This document shows positions 17,045 through 25,012 of a stretch of 64,000 nucleotides of DNA, piece after piece. Position 1 is the stretch's first letter. Every line of letters starts with the position of its first letter. This stretch comes from an uncultured bacterium (lineage in GTDB: Bacteria > Lernaellota > Lernaellaia > JACKCT01), in NCBI GenBank assembly GCA_964586775.1, contig CAZPJD010000225.1, positions 464-64,463 on the forward strand, read 5' to 3'. The notes under the pieces were generated by a model that searched no databases, was not told where the DNA came from, and saw only the letters and a program-made list of their open reading frames with translations. Position numbers and translations under genes: made by a program.

Positions 17045-19249
17045 ATGGTGTCGAAAAACGCGGTCGCTTCGGCGAAAAACGTGCTGAAGAACGTGCTCAC
17101 GATCGAGCGACGCGACGGCGGCGTCGCCCTCGTCTGGTTCGACGATCCCGACGACGTCGTCAACAAGCTCTCGACCAGGGTGCTTGGTGAGTTCAACGCC
17201 GTGATGGACGAGCTGGAGGCCGACGTGGCCGTCAAGGCCGTGGTGTGGATCTCGCGCAAACCCGACTGCTTCATCGCGGGGGCCGACATCGCGGAGATCC
17301 AGACGTTTTCCACCGCGGCCGACGCCGAGCGCATCAGCCGCACCGGCCATGCTGGTTTTGCGCGTATCGAAAAGAGCAAGAAGATTCACATCGCGTGCGT
17401 GTGCGGCGCGGCGCTGGGCGGCGGCACCGAGTTCGCCCTCGCCTGCCACTACCGCATCGCCGCCGATGCGCCGAAGACGATGTTCGGCCTGCCCGAGGTC
17501 AAGCTCGGTCTGTTGCCCGGCGGCGGCCGCACGCAGCGCCTTCCCCACGTGGTTGGCCTCGAGGCCGCGCTCGACCTGATGCTCACCGGCAAAAACGTCT
17601 TCGCGAAAAAGGCGCTCAAGATGCGCCTGGTGCACGAGGTCGTCTCGCCGTGGGGCCTGCCCGAGACGGCGGTCAAGGCTGCGGCGCGCCTCATCAAGGA
17701 CGGCATCCCGACGGGCAAGACCGACCCCGACTGGAAAGAGAAGATCAAGCAGGACGTCGGCCCCGCGCGCAACCTGATCCTCAAGACCGCGCTCGAAATG
17801 GTCGAACGAAAGACGTACGGCAACTACCCCGCGCCGGGGCACATCATCCGCGCGGTGCGCGCCGGGCTCGAAACGCCGGGCGAAAAGGGCTACGCGGCGG
17901 AGGCGAAGCTCTTTTCCGAGCTCGTCGTCACGCCGCAGTCCCGCCAGCTCGTGAACCTGTTCTTCGCGATGACCTCGAAAAAGAAGAGCGCGCTCGCGGC
18001 CAAGGCCGCGCCGGTGCGTCATCTGGGCGTGCTCGGCGCGGGGCTCATGGGCTCGGGCATCGCGCTCGTGTCGTCGGAGCAGGCCGAGACGCCGGTGTGC
18101 GTGAAGGACATCAGCCCCGACGCGCTCGCGGCAAGCCAGAAGTACGTGTTCCGCGCGATGGACGAAAAATTCCGCAAGCGCGCGATCAACCGCCGCGTGC
18201 GCGACCGGGTGGTCGCGCGGGTACACGGCGTGCTCGATTACGACGCCCTCGGCCGCTGCGATCTCGTCGTCGAAGCCGTCTTCGAGGACATCAAGATCAA
18301 GCACCAGGTGCTGCGCGAGGTCGAGGCCGTCACGCGCCGCGACTGCGTCTTCGCGTCGAACACGTCGGCGCTGCCCATCACGCAGATCGCCGCGGCCTCG
18401 AAGCGGCCCGAAAACGTGCTGGGCATGCACTACTTCTCGCCGGTCGAGAAGATGCCGCTGCTCGAGGTGATCCGCACCGAAAGAACGAGCGAGAGGGCGC
18501 TCGCCACCGCCGTCGCCTTCGGCATGAAACAGGGCAAGACGGTGATCGTCGTTCAGGACGGCCCGGGCTTTTACACCACACGCATCCTCGCGCCTTACAT
18601 GAACGAAACGTGCCTGCTGCTCGCCGAGGGCGCGACGATCCCCGATCTCGACCGCGCCATGCTCGCGTGGGGATTCCCCGTCGGGCCCGCGGCGCTCTTC
18701 GACGAGGTGGGCATCGACGTGGCGGCGCACGTGGCGGGGTTTTTGGGCGAGGCGCTGGCCAAAATCCACGGTCCCACGCCGACCAGCGACGGCATGATCA
18801 AGCTCGCCGCCGCCGGATACAAAGGACGCAAGAACAAGAAGGGCTTCTACCGCTACGACGCCGCGCCCGCGTCGCGCCTGCCGCTGGGGCTGGGCAAAAA
18901 GAAGGGCAAGCTGCCGAACGAGGCCGTGTACGCATTCTTCGGCGATCGGCCGCGCAAGACCGTGAGCGCCGCCGAGATTTCGGACCGGCTCGGCCTGGTG
19001 ATGGTGAACGAGGCGGCGTCGTGCCTGCAGGAAAAGGTGATCGAGACGCCGCAGGACGGCGACCTCGGCGCGATCCTGGGCCTCGGGTTCCCGCCGTTTC
19101 GCGGCGGGCCGTTCCGTTATGTTGACGAGCTCGGCGTGGCGAAGGTGGTGGAAAAACTCGAGCGCCTCGCCGACGCGCACGGTGCGCAGTTCGCGCCCGC
19201 GAAGATTCTGGTCGAATACGCCAAGAAGGGGCGGACGTTTTACAAATAA
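17045..19249 (+). CDS. fadJ: Fatty-acid oxidation complex alpha subunit (enoyl-CoA hydratase / 3-hydroxyacyl-CoA dehydrogenase, FadJ/FadB-like)
   Basis: 734 aa; N-terminal crotonase domain and C-terminal NAD-binding 'LGVLGAGLMGSGIA' 3-HCDH domain; 12 bp after the thiolase gene. Confidence 0.85.
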   Translation: MVSKNAVASAKNVLKNVLTIERRDGGVALVWFDDPDDVVNKLSTRVLGEFNAVMDELEADVAVKAVVWISRKPDCFIAGADIAEIQTFSTAADAERISRTGHAGFARIEKSKKIHIACVCGAALGGGTEFALACHYRIAADAPKTMFGLPEVKLGLLPGGGRTQRLPHVVGLEAALDLMLTGKNVFAKKALKMRLVHEVVSPWGLPETAVKAAARLIKDGIPTGKTDPDWKEKIKQDVGPARNLILKTALEMVERKTYGNYPAPGHIIRAVRAGLETPGEKGYAAEAKLFSELVVTPQSRQLVNLFFAMTSKKKSALAAKAAPVRHLGVLGAGLMGSGIALVSSEQAETPVCVKDISPDALAASQKYVFRAMDEKFRKRAINRRVRDRVVARVHGVLDYDALGRCDLVVEAVFEDIKIKHQVLREVEAVTRRDCVFASNTSALPITQIAAASKRPENVLGMHYFSPVEKMPLLEVIRTERTSERALATAVAFGMKQGKTVIVVQDGPGFYTTRILAPYMNETCLLLAEGATIPDLDRAMLAWGFPVGPAALFDEVGIDVAAHVAGFLGEALAKIHGPTPTSDGMIKLAAAGYKGRKNKKGFYRYDAAPASRLPLGLGKKKGKLPNEAVYAFFGDRPRKTVSAAEISDRLGLVMVNEAASCLQEKVIETPQDGDLGAILGLGFPPFRGGPFRYVDELGVAKVVEKLERLADAHGAQFAPAKILVEYAKKGRTFYK

Positions 19250-19400
19250 CGCGAACGCACCAGCAAACGCGCTTGCCAACGCGTCCCCGCGTGCGCACCA
19301 TCGGCCCGACGGGAAGCGGGAGCCGGGACTCCCCGCGGGCTGCAAACTCGCCGGGAACGCCGGGCAGGCGTTCCGTTCGGTTCGACTCCGAATCCCGTCT

Positions 19401-19570
19401 GTGCGGAACCCTCGCAGGTCATGTGGCACAGCCGCCCCCGGCGGTGCGGAACCTTTGCGGGTCATGTGGCACAGCCGCCCCCGCGGTGCGGAACCTTTGC
19501 GGGTCATGTGGCACAGCTGCCCCCCGGCTGTGCGGAACTCTTGCGGGTCATTTGGCACAGCCGCCCCCGG
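19401..19570 (+). repeat. Four tandem REP-like repeats (~43 bp unit: GTGCGGAACCTTTGCGGGTCATGTGGCACAGCCGCCCCCG)
   Basis: Near-identical units with 1-3 substitutions, contiguous and head-to-tail, immediately upstream of the RAYT gene; no unique spacers, so not CRISPR. Confidence 0.7.
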
Positions 19571-19588
19571 CTGTGTAAAACTCCGTTC

Positions 19589-20089
19589 ATGTCGCAACGT
19601 GAACCCAAAGCCCGATACCGGAGAAACCTTCCGCACATACAGGCTGCCGGAAAGACATTCTTCATCACGTTTCGAACGCGCCGGGATGTCGAATTGCCCG
19701 GGGACGCTCGCTCGCTGGTGCTTCAGCATTGTCTGTACGATCACGGGCGGCGCTACGAACTGATCGCCGCCGTGGTGATGCCGGATCACGTGCATCTCCT
19801 GCTCACGCCGAGACTCGAAGACGCGCTCGCCCCGTTCAGACTCGCCGCCCTCATGTCGGGAATCAAAGGATCGTCGGCACATTCCGTGAACAAAGCCATG
19901 GGACGACGCGGCCCATTGTGGCAGGACGAATCATTCGACCATGTCCTGCGTTCTGACGAAGATGCGCGTCAGGTCGGGGAATACATTTCGCTCAACCCGG
20001 TGCGCAAGGGGCTCGCCGAAACGCCCGAAGGGTATCCATGGCTTTGGCGGCGGTGGGTGGAGGGAGAAAGAGTCCAGCAGGGGCCATGA
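19589..20089 (+). CDS. REP-associated tyrosine transposase (RAYT, IS200/IS605 TnpA-like)
   Basis: 166 aa; 'YRRNLPH', HUH motif 'PDHVHLLLTP', C-terminal Tyr region 'GYPWLWRRW'; flanked by REPs. Confidence 0.8.
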   Translation: MSQREPKARYRRNLPHIQAAGKTFFITFRTRRDVELPGDARSLVLQHCLYDHGRRYELIAAVVMPDHVHLLLTPRLEDALAPFRLAALMSGIKGSSAHSVNKAMGRRGPLWQDESFDHVLRSDEDARQVGEYISLNPVRKGLAETPEGYPWLWRRWVEGERVQQGP

Positions 20090-20097
20090 GGCAAGAG

Positions 20098-20210
20098 CAC
20101 AGCCGGGGGCGGCTGTGCCACATGTCCCGCTAGGGTCCTTGCCTTTGAATGTGGAACAGGCGCCCTCGCCTGTTCGGCACTCGCACAGCCGGGGGCGACT
20201 GTGCCACATG
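20098..20210 (-). repeat. Two inverted copies of the REP core (CACAGCCGGGGGCGGCTGTGCCACATG) downstream of RAYT
   Basis: Reverse complement of the upstream REP core 'CATGTGGCACAGCCGCCCCCGGCTG' at ~20098-20124 and ~20183-20210. Confidence 0.65.
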
Positions 20211-20220
20211 ATCTTGTTCC

Positions 20221-22560
20221 TCAGATCTCGTACCAGCAGCCGTCGGCGGCGGTCATGAAGGCGTCGTCGTCGCTGTCGAGCTCGCCGGACTGATCGAGGT
20301 CCGCGCCATCGCACCAGCTATTGCCGGCGTCGCACGACGCACCCTCACCGAAGTTCGTCCACGCCGTGTCGAAGTCGGCCTGATCGTCGGCGTCCACATC
20401 GCCGTCGCCGTCGAGGTCGGGCCGCTCGCAACCCAGAACCGCCCACGAGCAGTCGAGCACGGTGGGTTCCATCGCGCAGTTGGGGATCTCGTTCAGATAG
20501 ATCGCCCCGCCGAAGCCCTGGTGCGTGATGTTGGGAATCTCCTCCCAGTCGCCGTCGACGTTGACGACCTCGTAATGATCGCCGTTGCGCTTGATCGGCT
20601 TGTCGGCCTCGGTGGGGAAGCGGTCCCAATAGCGGTCGTAGGTTTCCGGCCGATCGGCGTAGCCGTTCACCTCGGCGAGGATCTGGCTCCACAAATCCGC
20701 GTCGCTCCACAGCGCGCGCGGCGTGCTGTCGCCGCGATTCAGCACGTCCTCGAACACATCCTGATAGCGCTCGGCGCGCACCCAGCCCTGCGGGTCGTAA
20801 TCGGCGTTGCCCACGCCCGCGATGTGCGCGTACTGGGCGACCTTCTGGAGTTCCTCGATCGCCTCGTTCACGTAATTCGATGGCGGCACGGGCTGCGCCT
20901 GCGCCCAGTCGAGCGTGAGCTGCGCGCTGATGCGGTGCAGCTCGGTGATGTGGAAGAGCGCCTCGCGCGCCTCCTGCAGCAGATCGCCCTTGTTGGCGAG
21001 CTGCGCGTAATACACCAGCGCGAAGGCGGCCATCTCGGGCTGGTCGGTCGCGTCGGCGATCTGCATCAGGATGTCGGCCACGCTCGACCCGCCCAGGTTG
21101 ACGGCGATGCGCATGAGGTCTTCGAGCGACTGGCCGAGGATGTTGAGGTTGTAAATGTCGCCCCAGCCGAGGCCGATGTAGGCGTCATCCATGTTTTCGC
21201 AGGTCTTCGTCAGGTTGCCGGGAACCGGGATGCCCAGCGCCTCGAGCAGCATCTTGATCGCGATGATCTCATACGACCCCGGCGTCTCGACGGGCTCCGT
21301 GGGCGAGGTCAGGCCGTCCGCCGACATCGCCTTGGCCATGTACGACATCTGGCAGGAATTCATCGAGCCGAGCCACTCGGGGCCCTCATCCGCGCCGTCG
21401 GGGCGGATTTCGCCGGCGACGATCAGGTGGTCCTCGTCATAGGGCTCGAACTCGCCCACCGTCATCAGGTTGTAGCCCTCGCCGATGGTGCGATCGCCGA
21501 TGCGCTGCCCGGCGGCCCACGCGCGCTCGGCCGAGGCGCGCACGTCGGCGTCGGCGCCGGCGTCGTTCATCGCCTCGAGCGCGGCGAAGTAGCCCACGCC
21601 GAAATCGGGGAAGTTGTCGCGGCTGTTGTGATTGCCCCAGAAGTAGCCCTCGAAGGGCCCGAGCTGGCTGATCATGTACGACGAGCAGCAGTTCGAGATG
21701 CGCAGGTAGTAGGGCATCTCCTCGAAGACGAATGTCACGGCGTAGTCGCCGGGGCGCAGGATCGACTCGATGCGGAAGTAGTGGTCCGTCGGTTCGCCGT
21801 TGATGGCATACACACCATCGGAGAAGAACGCGTTGATGATCTCTTCTTCGAGCGTGGGCGAGTAGTCCTCGGCGGGGTCGATGGGCGCGCCGTCCAGCGT
21901 GCGCGTCACGGTGCCGCCGGGGCCGTCGATGGTGACGGTAAATCCGGTCTGCCACTCGCGGCAGGTGAGACCGTCGATGCCCTGGATTTCCTCGGCGTAG
22001 GCGAGGCCCTCGAACTGGCGGATCGCGGTGAGGGCCAGTTCGCGCGTGCGGAAGATCTTGTAGGCCTGATACGCGTTGAAGGCTGAGAAGCCGATCCAGT
22101 TGTTGTCCACCGGGTGGAGCTGGACTTCGTAGTCGCTGCCGTCCTTGGCGATGTTCGTGTGGCCCAGCGTGTGCGCGGGCACCACGTCGCCGACGAGCAT
22201 GAAGCGGTTGTACGCCTTGAGCGTGCGGCCGATGCGCTCCTTGTAATAGAGCTTGAAGGCGTCGGCCTTCGTGGTCGGATTCACCCACGGATCGAAGGGG
22301 ATGTCGTCGTCGGCGTCGTCGTCCGTCGTATCGTCGTCGGTCGTGTCGTCATCCGAGGTGTCGTCGTCGCCGGTGTCGTCATCCGGCAGCGGGGGGAACG
22401 TGTCGTCGTCGCCCGTGTCGTCGTCCGCGGCGTCGTCATCCGCCGCGTCGTCGTCCGGGGTGATCGTCGTCGGCCCGGAATCGTCGTCGTCATCGCCGCC
22501 GCACCCCGCGACAAACGCCAGAGCCATCACCACCGCCACCGCCCAACCCCACCTGTTCAT
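20221..22560 (-). CDS. Lipoprotein with N-terminal (DDDx)n acidic repeat tether and C-terminal dockerin/EF-hand-like double Ca-binding motif
   Basis: GGGAGA RBS; 'MNRWGWAVAVVMALAFVAGC' lipobox then 'GGDDDDDSGPTTITPDDDAADDDAADDDTGDDD...DDDTTDDDADDD'; C-terminus 'DLDGDGDVDADDQADF...DLDQSGELDSDDDAF'. Confidence 0.7.
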   Translation of the reverse strand: MNRWGWAVAVVMALAFVAGCGGDDDDDSGPTTITPDDDAADDDAADDDTGDDDTFPPLPDDDTGDDDTSDDDTTDDDTTDDDADDDIPFDPWVNPTTKADAFKLYYKERIGRTLKAYNRFMLVGDVVPAHTLGHTNIAKDGSDYEVQLHPVDNNWIGFSAFNAYQAYKIFRTRELALTAIRQFEGLAYAEEIQGIDGLTCREWQTGFTVTIDGPGGTVTRTLDGAPIDPAEDYSPTLEEEIINAFFSDGVYAINGEPTDHYFRIESILRPGDYAVTFVFEEMPYYLRISNCCSSYMISQLGPFEGYFWGNHNSRDNFPDFGVGYFAALEAMNDAGADADVRASAERAWAAGQRIGDRTIGEGYNLMTVGEFEPYDEDHLIVAGEIRPDGADEGPEWLGSMNSCQMSYMAKAMSADGLTSPTEPVETPGSYEIIAIKMLLEALGIPVPGNLTKTCENMDDAYIGLGWGDIYNLNILGQSLEDLMRIAVNLGGSSVADILMQIADATDQPEMAAFALVYYAQLANKGDLLQEAREALFHITELHRISAQLTLDWAQAQPVPPSNYVNEAIEELQKVAQYAHIAGVGNADYDPQGWVRAERYQDVFEDVLNRGDSTPRALWSDADLWSQILAEVNGYADRPETYDRYWDRFPTEADKPIKRNGDHYEVVNVDGDWEEIPNITHQGFGGAIYLNEIPNCAMEPTVLDCSWAVLGCERPDLDGDGDVDADDQADFDTAWTNFGEGASCDAGNSWCDGADLDQSGELDSDDDAFMTAADGCWYEI

Positions 22561-22755
22561 CGCATGTCTCCCGGTACCGAGTCCTTGAGGGATCGACATG
22601 CTACCAGAGTCGCGTCCCGCGCCCAAGGGTCGGTCGGCACACGCCCCAATCCGCTCCTAATGTCCCGCACGCCACGAACAAACCGATCGGTTCTGGATAT
22701 TCTTGTCCGGATAGGGCTCAATGACATCCCTTAGTGATTTTCATTACACGTCGAT

Positions 22756-22769
22756 TTGACCTCGGTCAA
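22756..22769. promoter_or_regulatory. Fnr/Crp-family box TTGACC-TC-GGTCAA upstream of nrfH
   Basis: Perfect 6-bp inverted repeat (TTGAC-N4-GTCAA class) about 75 bp upstream of the nrfH start, in an AT-enriched 280-bp divergent intergenic region. Confidence 0.4.
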
Positions 22770-22839
22770 AGACGGATGAACCGCGATTCAGTGATAAGAG
22801 GCCGAACGCCGGGCGAACCGGCGCGCGACGGGGGACGCA

Positions 22840-23343
22840 ATGACGCAAGGCGCGGGCACGGCGGACTCGGGAACGGCAAGAGCGGGACGGGTCACTCCGC
22901 TGATGATCGCCGCGATCGCCGCGGCGCTGACCGTGGGCATGGCGGCGGGGCTCGGCGCGTACACGTTTGTTTATGCCAAGGGCTATTCTTACATGGGCAA
23001 TGATCCGGCGTCGTGCGTGAACTGCCACATCATGAAAGACCAGTACGAGGCATGGGCGCGCAGCAGCCATCACGCGGTCGCGACCTGCAACGATTGCCAC
23101 GCGCCGCACGACCTCGTCGGCAAGTATCGTGTCAAGGCGACGAACGGCTATCACCACTCGCTCGCGTTCACGACCGGCGAATTCGCCGATCCGATCCACA
23201 TCAAGCCCGGCAACCGCGCCGTCACCGAGGCGCAGTGCCGTCACTGCCACGCCGACATCGTCCACGGCATCGACACCACGCCCGAGCCCGGCGAGGAGAT
23301 GTCGTGCGTGCGGTGCCACGCGTCGGTGGGGCATCTGCATTAG
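22840..23343 (+). CDS. nrfH: Cytochrome c nitrite reductase small subunit NrfH (NapC/NirT-family tetraheme quinol dehydrogenase)
   Basis: 167 aa; N-terminal TM helix; four CxxCH motifs (CVNCH, CNDCH, CRHCH, CVRCH). Confidence 0.85.
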   Translation: MTQGAGTADSGTARAGRVTPLMIAAIAAALTVGMAAGLGAYTFVYAKGYSYMGNDPASCVNCHIMKDQYEAWARSSHHAVATCNDCHAPHDLVGKYRVKATNGYHHSLAFTTGEFADPIHIKPGNRAVTEAQCRHCHADIVHGIDTTPEPGEEMSCVRCHASVGHLH

Positions 23344-23425
23344 GAATTTCGCGCGGCCGTCGTGCGGTCGCGCCGGGTCTTTCGAGATTGGGTCCTGTAC
23401 GGCTAACCGTCCCGGGGAGGTCCTC

Positions 23426-24940
23426 ATGAGTCCGGAAACCACGAAGAGACGCTGGCTCTCGCTGTTCCTGATGTTCGCCGTCGTCGCGGCGGTCGCCGCT
23501 GGCCTGTCGGCTTACGTGCTCACGAGCGTGATGGAGCACAAGCAGGAGGCGAAAAATCCGTTCTTCCGCGTCGTCGAGATCACCGACGACACGGGAGATC
23601 CGGCGATCTGGGGAAAGAACTTCCCGCTGCACTACGATCGCTATCTGCGCACGGCGGACATGGTGCGTACGCGTCGGGGAGGCAGCGAGGCGTTGCCGCA
23701 CACGCCGACCGACGCCGACCCGCGCAGCGTCGTGACGGTGTCGAAGATCGAGGATGACACGCGCCTGAAGCGGATGTGGGCGGGCTACGCGTTTTCCAAG
23801 GACTTTCGCGAAGAGCGCGGCCACGCCTACATGCTCGAAGACCAGATCTACACCGAGCGCCAGAAAGTCGGCCAGCCGGGCACGTGTCTGAACTGCCACG
23901 CGTCGACGTACCTGATCTACAAAGAGCTGGGCAACGGCGACATCATGGCCGGCTTCGACAAGATGAACTCGATGAAATACGACGAGGCCAAGACCTACGC
24001 CAAGCACCCGGTGGCGTGCATCGATTGCCACGACGCGCAGACCATGCAGCTTCGCATCACGCGCCCGGCGTTTATCGAGGGTATCAAGGCGCTCAAGGCG
24101 TCGCAGGGCGTGGCCGACTACGACGTGAACAAGATGGCGACGCGCCAGGAGATGCGGTCGTTCGTGTGCGGCCAGTGCCACGTCGAGTATTACTTCAAGG
24201 GCACCGAGAAGCGCCTGACCTTCCCGTGGCACGAGGGCGTGGGCGGCGAGGACATCCTCGACTACTACAACGAGCAGGGCTTCAAGGACTGGGTGCATGC
24301 CGACACGGGTGCGCCGATGCTCAAGGCGCAGCACCCCGAGTTCGAGATGTGGAACAAGGGCATTCACTCCAAGGCGGGAGTCACGTGCGCCGACTGCCAC
24401 ATGCCCTACATGCGTGAAGGCGCGATGAAGATCAGTGACCACCACGTGCGCAGCCCGCTGCTCAACATCAACAAGTCGTGCGGCACCTGCCACCGCGCCT
24501 CGGAAGAGGAACTCAAGGCGCGCGCCGAGAACATCCAGGAGACATTCTTTGGCCTGCGCAATCAGGCGATGGACGCGCTGATGGATCTGATCGACGACCT
24601 GAAGGCCGCGAAGGACGCGGGGCGGCCCGACGCCGAACTCGCCGCCGCGCGCGAATTGCAGCGCCGCGCGAGCTTCCTGATCGACTTCTGCGAGGCCGAG
24701 AACTCGACGGGCTTCCACGCGCCGCAGGAATCGACGCGCCTGCTCGGCGTGGCGATCAACTACGCCCGCGACGGCCAGCTCTCCGTGCGCGACCCGAATT
24801 ACAAGCCGAAGACCATCGCGGCGCACGAGGCCGCGATGGCGGCGAAGGCCGCGGCGACGCCCGCCGCCGCTCCAGCCGAGAAAAAGGCCGAGGGCCAGAC
24901 GGCCGCCAACGAGAAATCCCCCGGCGCAAGCGCGCTGTAA
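23426..24940 (+). CDS. nrfA: Cytochrome c552 nitrite reductase catalytic subunit NrfA (pentaheme; heme-1 motif CxxCH rather than CxxCK)
   Basis: GGGGAGG RBS; signal/TM N-terminus; five CxxCH (CLNCH, CIDCH, CGQCH, CADCH, CGTCH); active-site 'REERGHAY' region; 82 bp after nrfH. Confidence 0.85.
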   Translation: MSPETTKRRWLSLFLMFAVVAAVAAGLSAYVLTSVMEHKQEAKNPFFRVVEITDDTGDPAIWGKNFPLHYDRYLRTADMVRTRRGGSEALPHTPTDADPRSVVTVSKIEDDTRLKRMWAGYAFSKDFREERGHAYMLEDQIYTERQKVGQPGTCLNCHASTYLIYKELGNGDIMAGFDKMNSMKYDEAKTYAKHPVACIDCHDAQTMQLRITRPAFIEGIKALKASQGVADYDVNKMATRQEMRSFVCGQCHVEYYFKGTEKRLTFPWHEGVGGEDILDYYNEQGFKDWVHADTGAPMLKAQHPEFEMWNKGIHSKAGVTCADCHMPYMREGAMKISDHHVRSPLLNINKSCGTCHRASEEELKARAENIQETFFGLRNQAMDALMDLIDDLKAAKDAGRPDAELAAARELQRRASFLIDFCEAENSTGFHAPQESTRLLGVAINYARDGQLSVRDPNYKPKTIAAHEAAMAAKAAATPAAAPAEKKAEGQTAANEKSPGASAL

Positions 24941-24963
24941 CGAAAGGGACCTCTCCACTGCTG

Positions 24964-25000
24964 CGCGGCGATCGGGAACCCGGTCGCCGCGATTTTTTTT
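24964..25000 (+). terminator. Rho-independent terminator of nrfHA (GCGCGGCGATCGGG-AA-CCCGGTCGCCGCG + T8)
   Basis: 13-bp GC-rich stem followed by 'GATTTTTTTT' 24 bp after the nrfA stop. Confidence 0.6.
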
Positions 25001-25012
25001 ATGGGCGGGGAC

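Larger units (their letters stand above)
19401..20210 (+). mobile_element. REP-RAYT element (BIME-like REP cluster flanking its cognate transposase)
   Basis: Tandem REPs upstream and inverted REPs downstream of a RAYT gene, inserted between the fadJ and lipoprotein genes. Confidence 0.6.

Noticed and set aside
19401-19570. Possible CRISPR array
   Set aside because: The units are contiguous, with no unique spacers between them. They are palindromic REP cores. Inverted copies lie downstream of an IS200-like RAYT. This is a REP/BIME cluster, not CRISPR.
19421-19588. ORFs beginning inside the REP array (for example 19421..20089 N-terminal part, 19273..19578)
   Set aside because: The translation is just the repeated 43-bp REP unit (MWHSRPRRCGTFAGHVAQPPP...). 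The true RAYT start is the Met at 19589.
15647-19882. 1411-aa ORF on the minus strand spanning the thiolase and fadJ genes
   Set aside because: It is antisense to two well-supported, motif-rich genes. The composition is dominated by Arg/Ala/Gly/Leu, typical of reverse-frame ORFs in ~70% GC DNA. It has no domain signatures.
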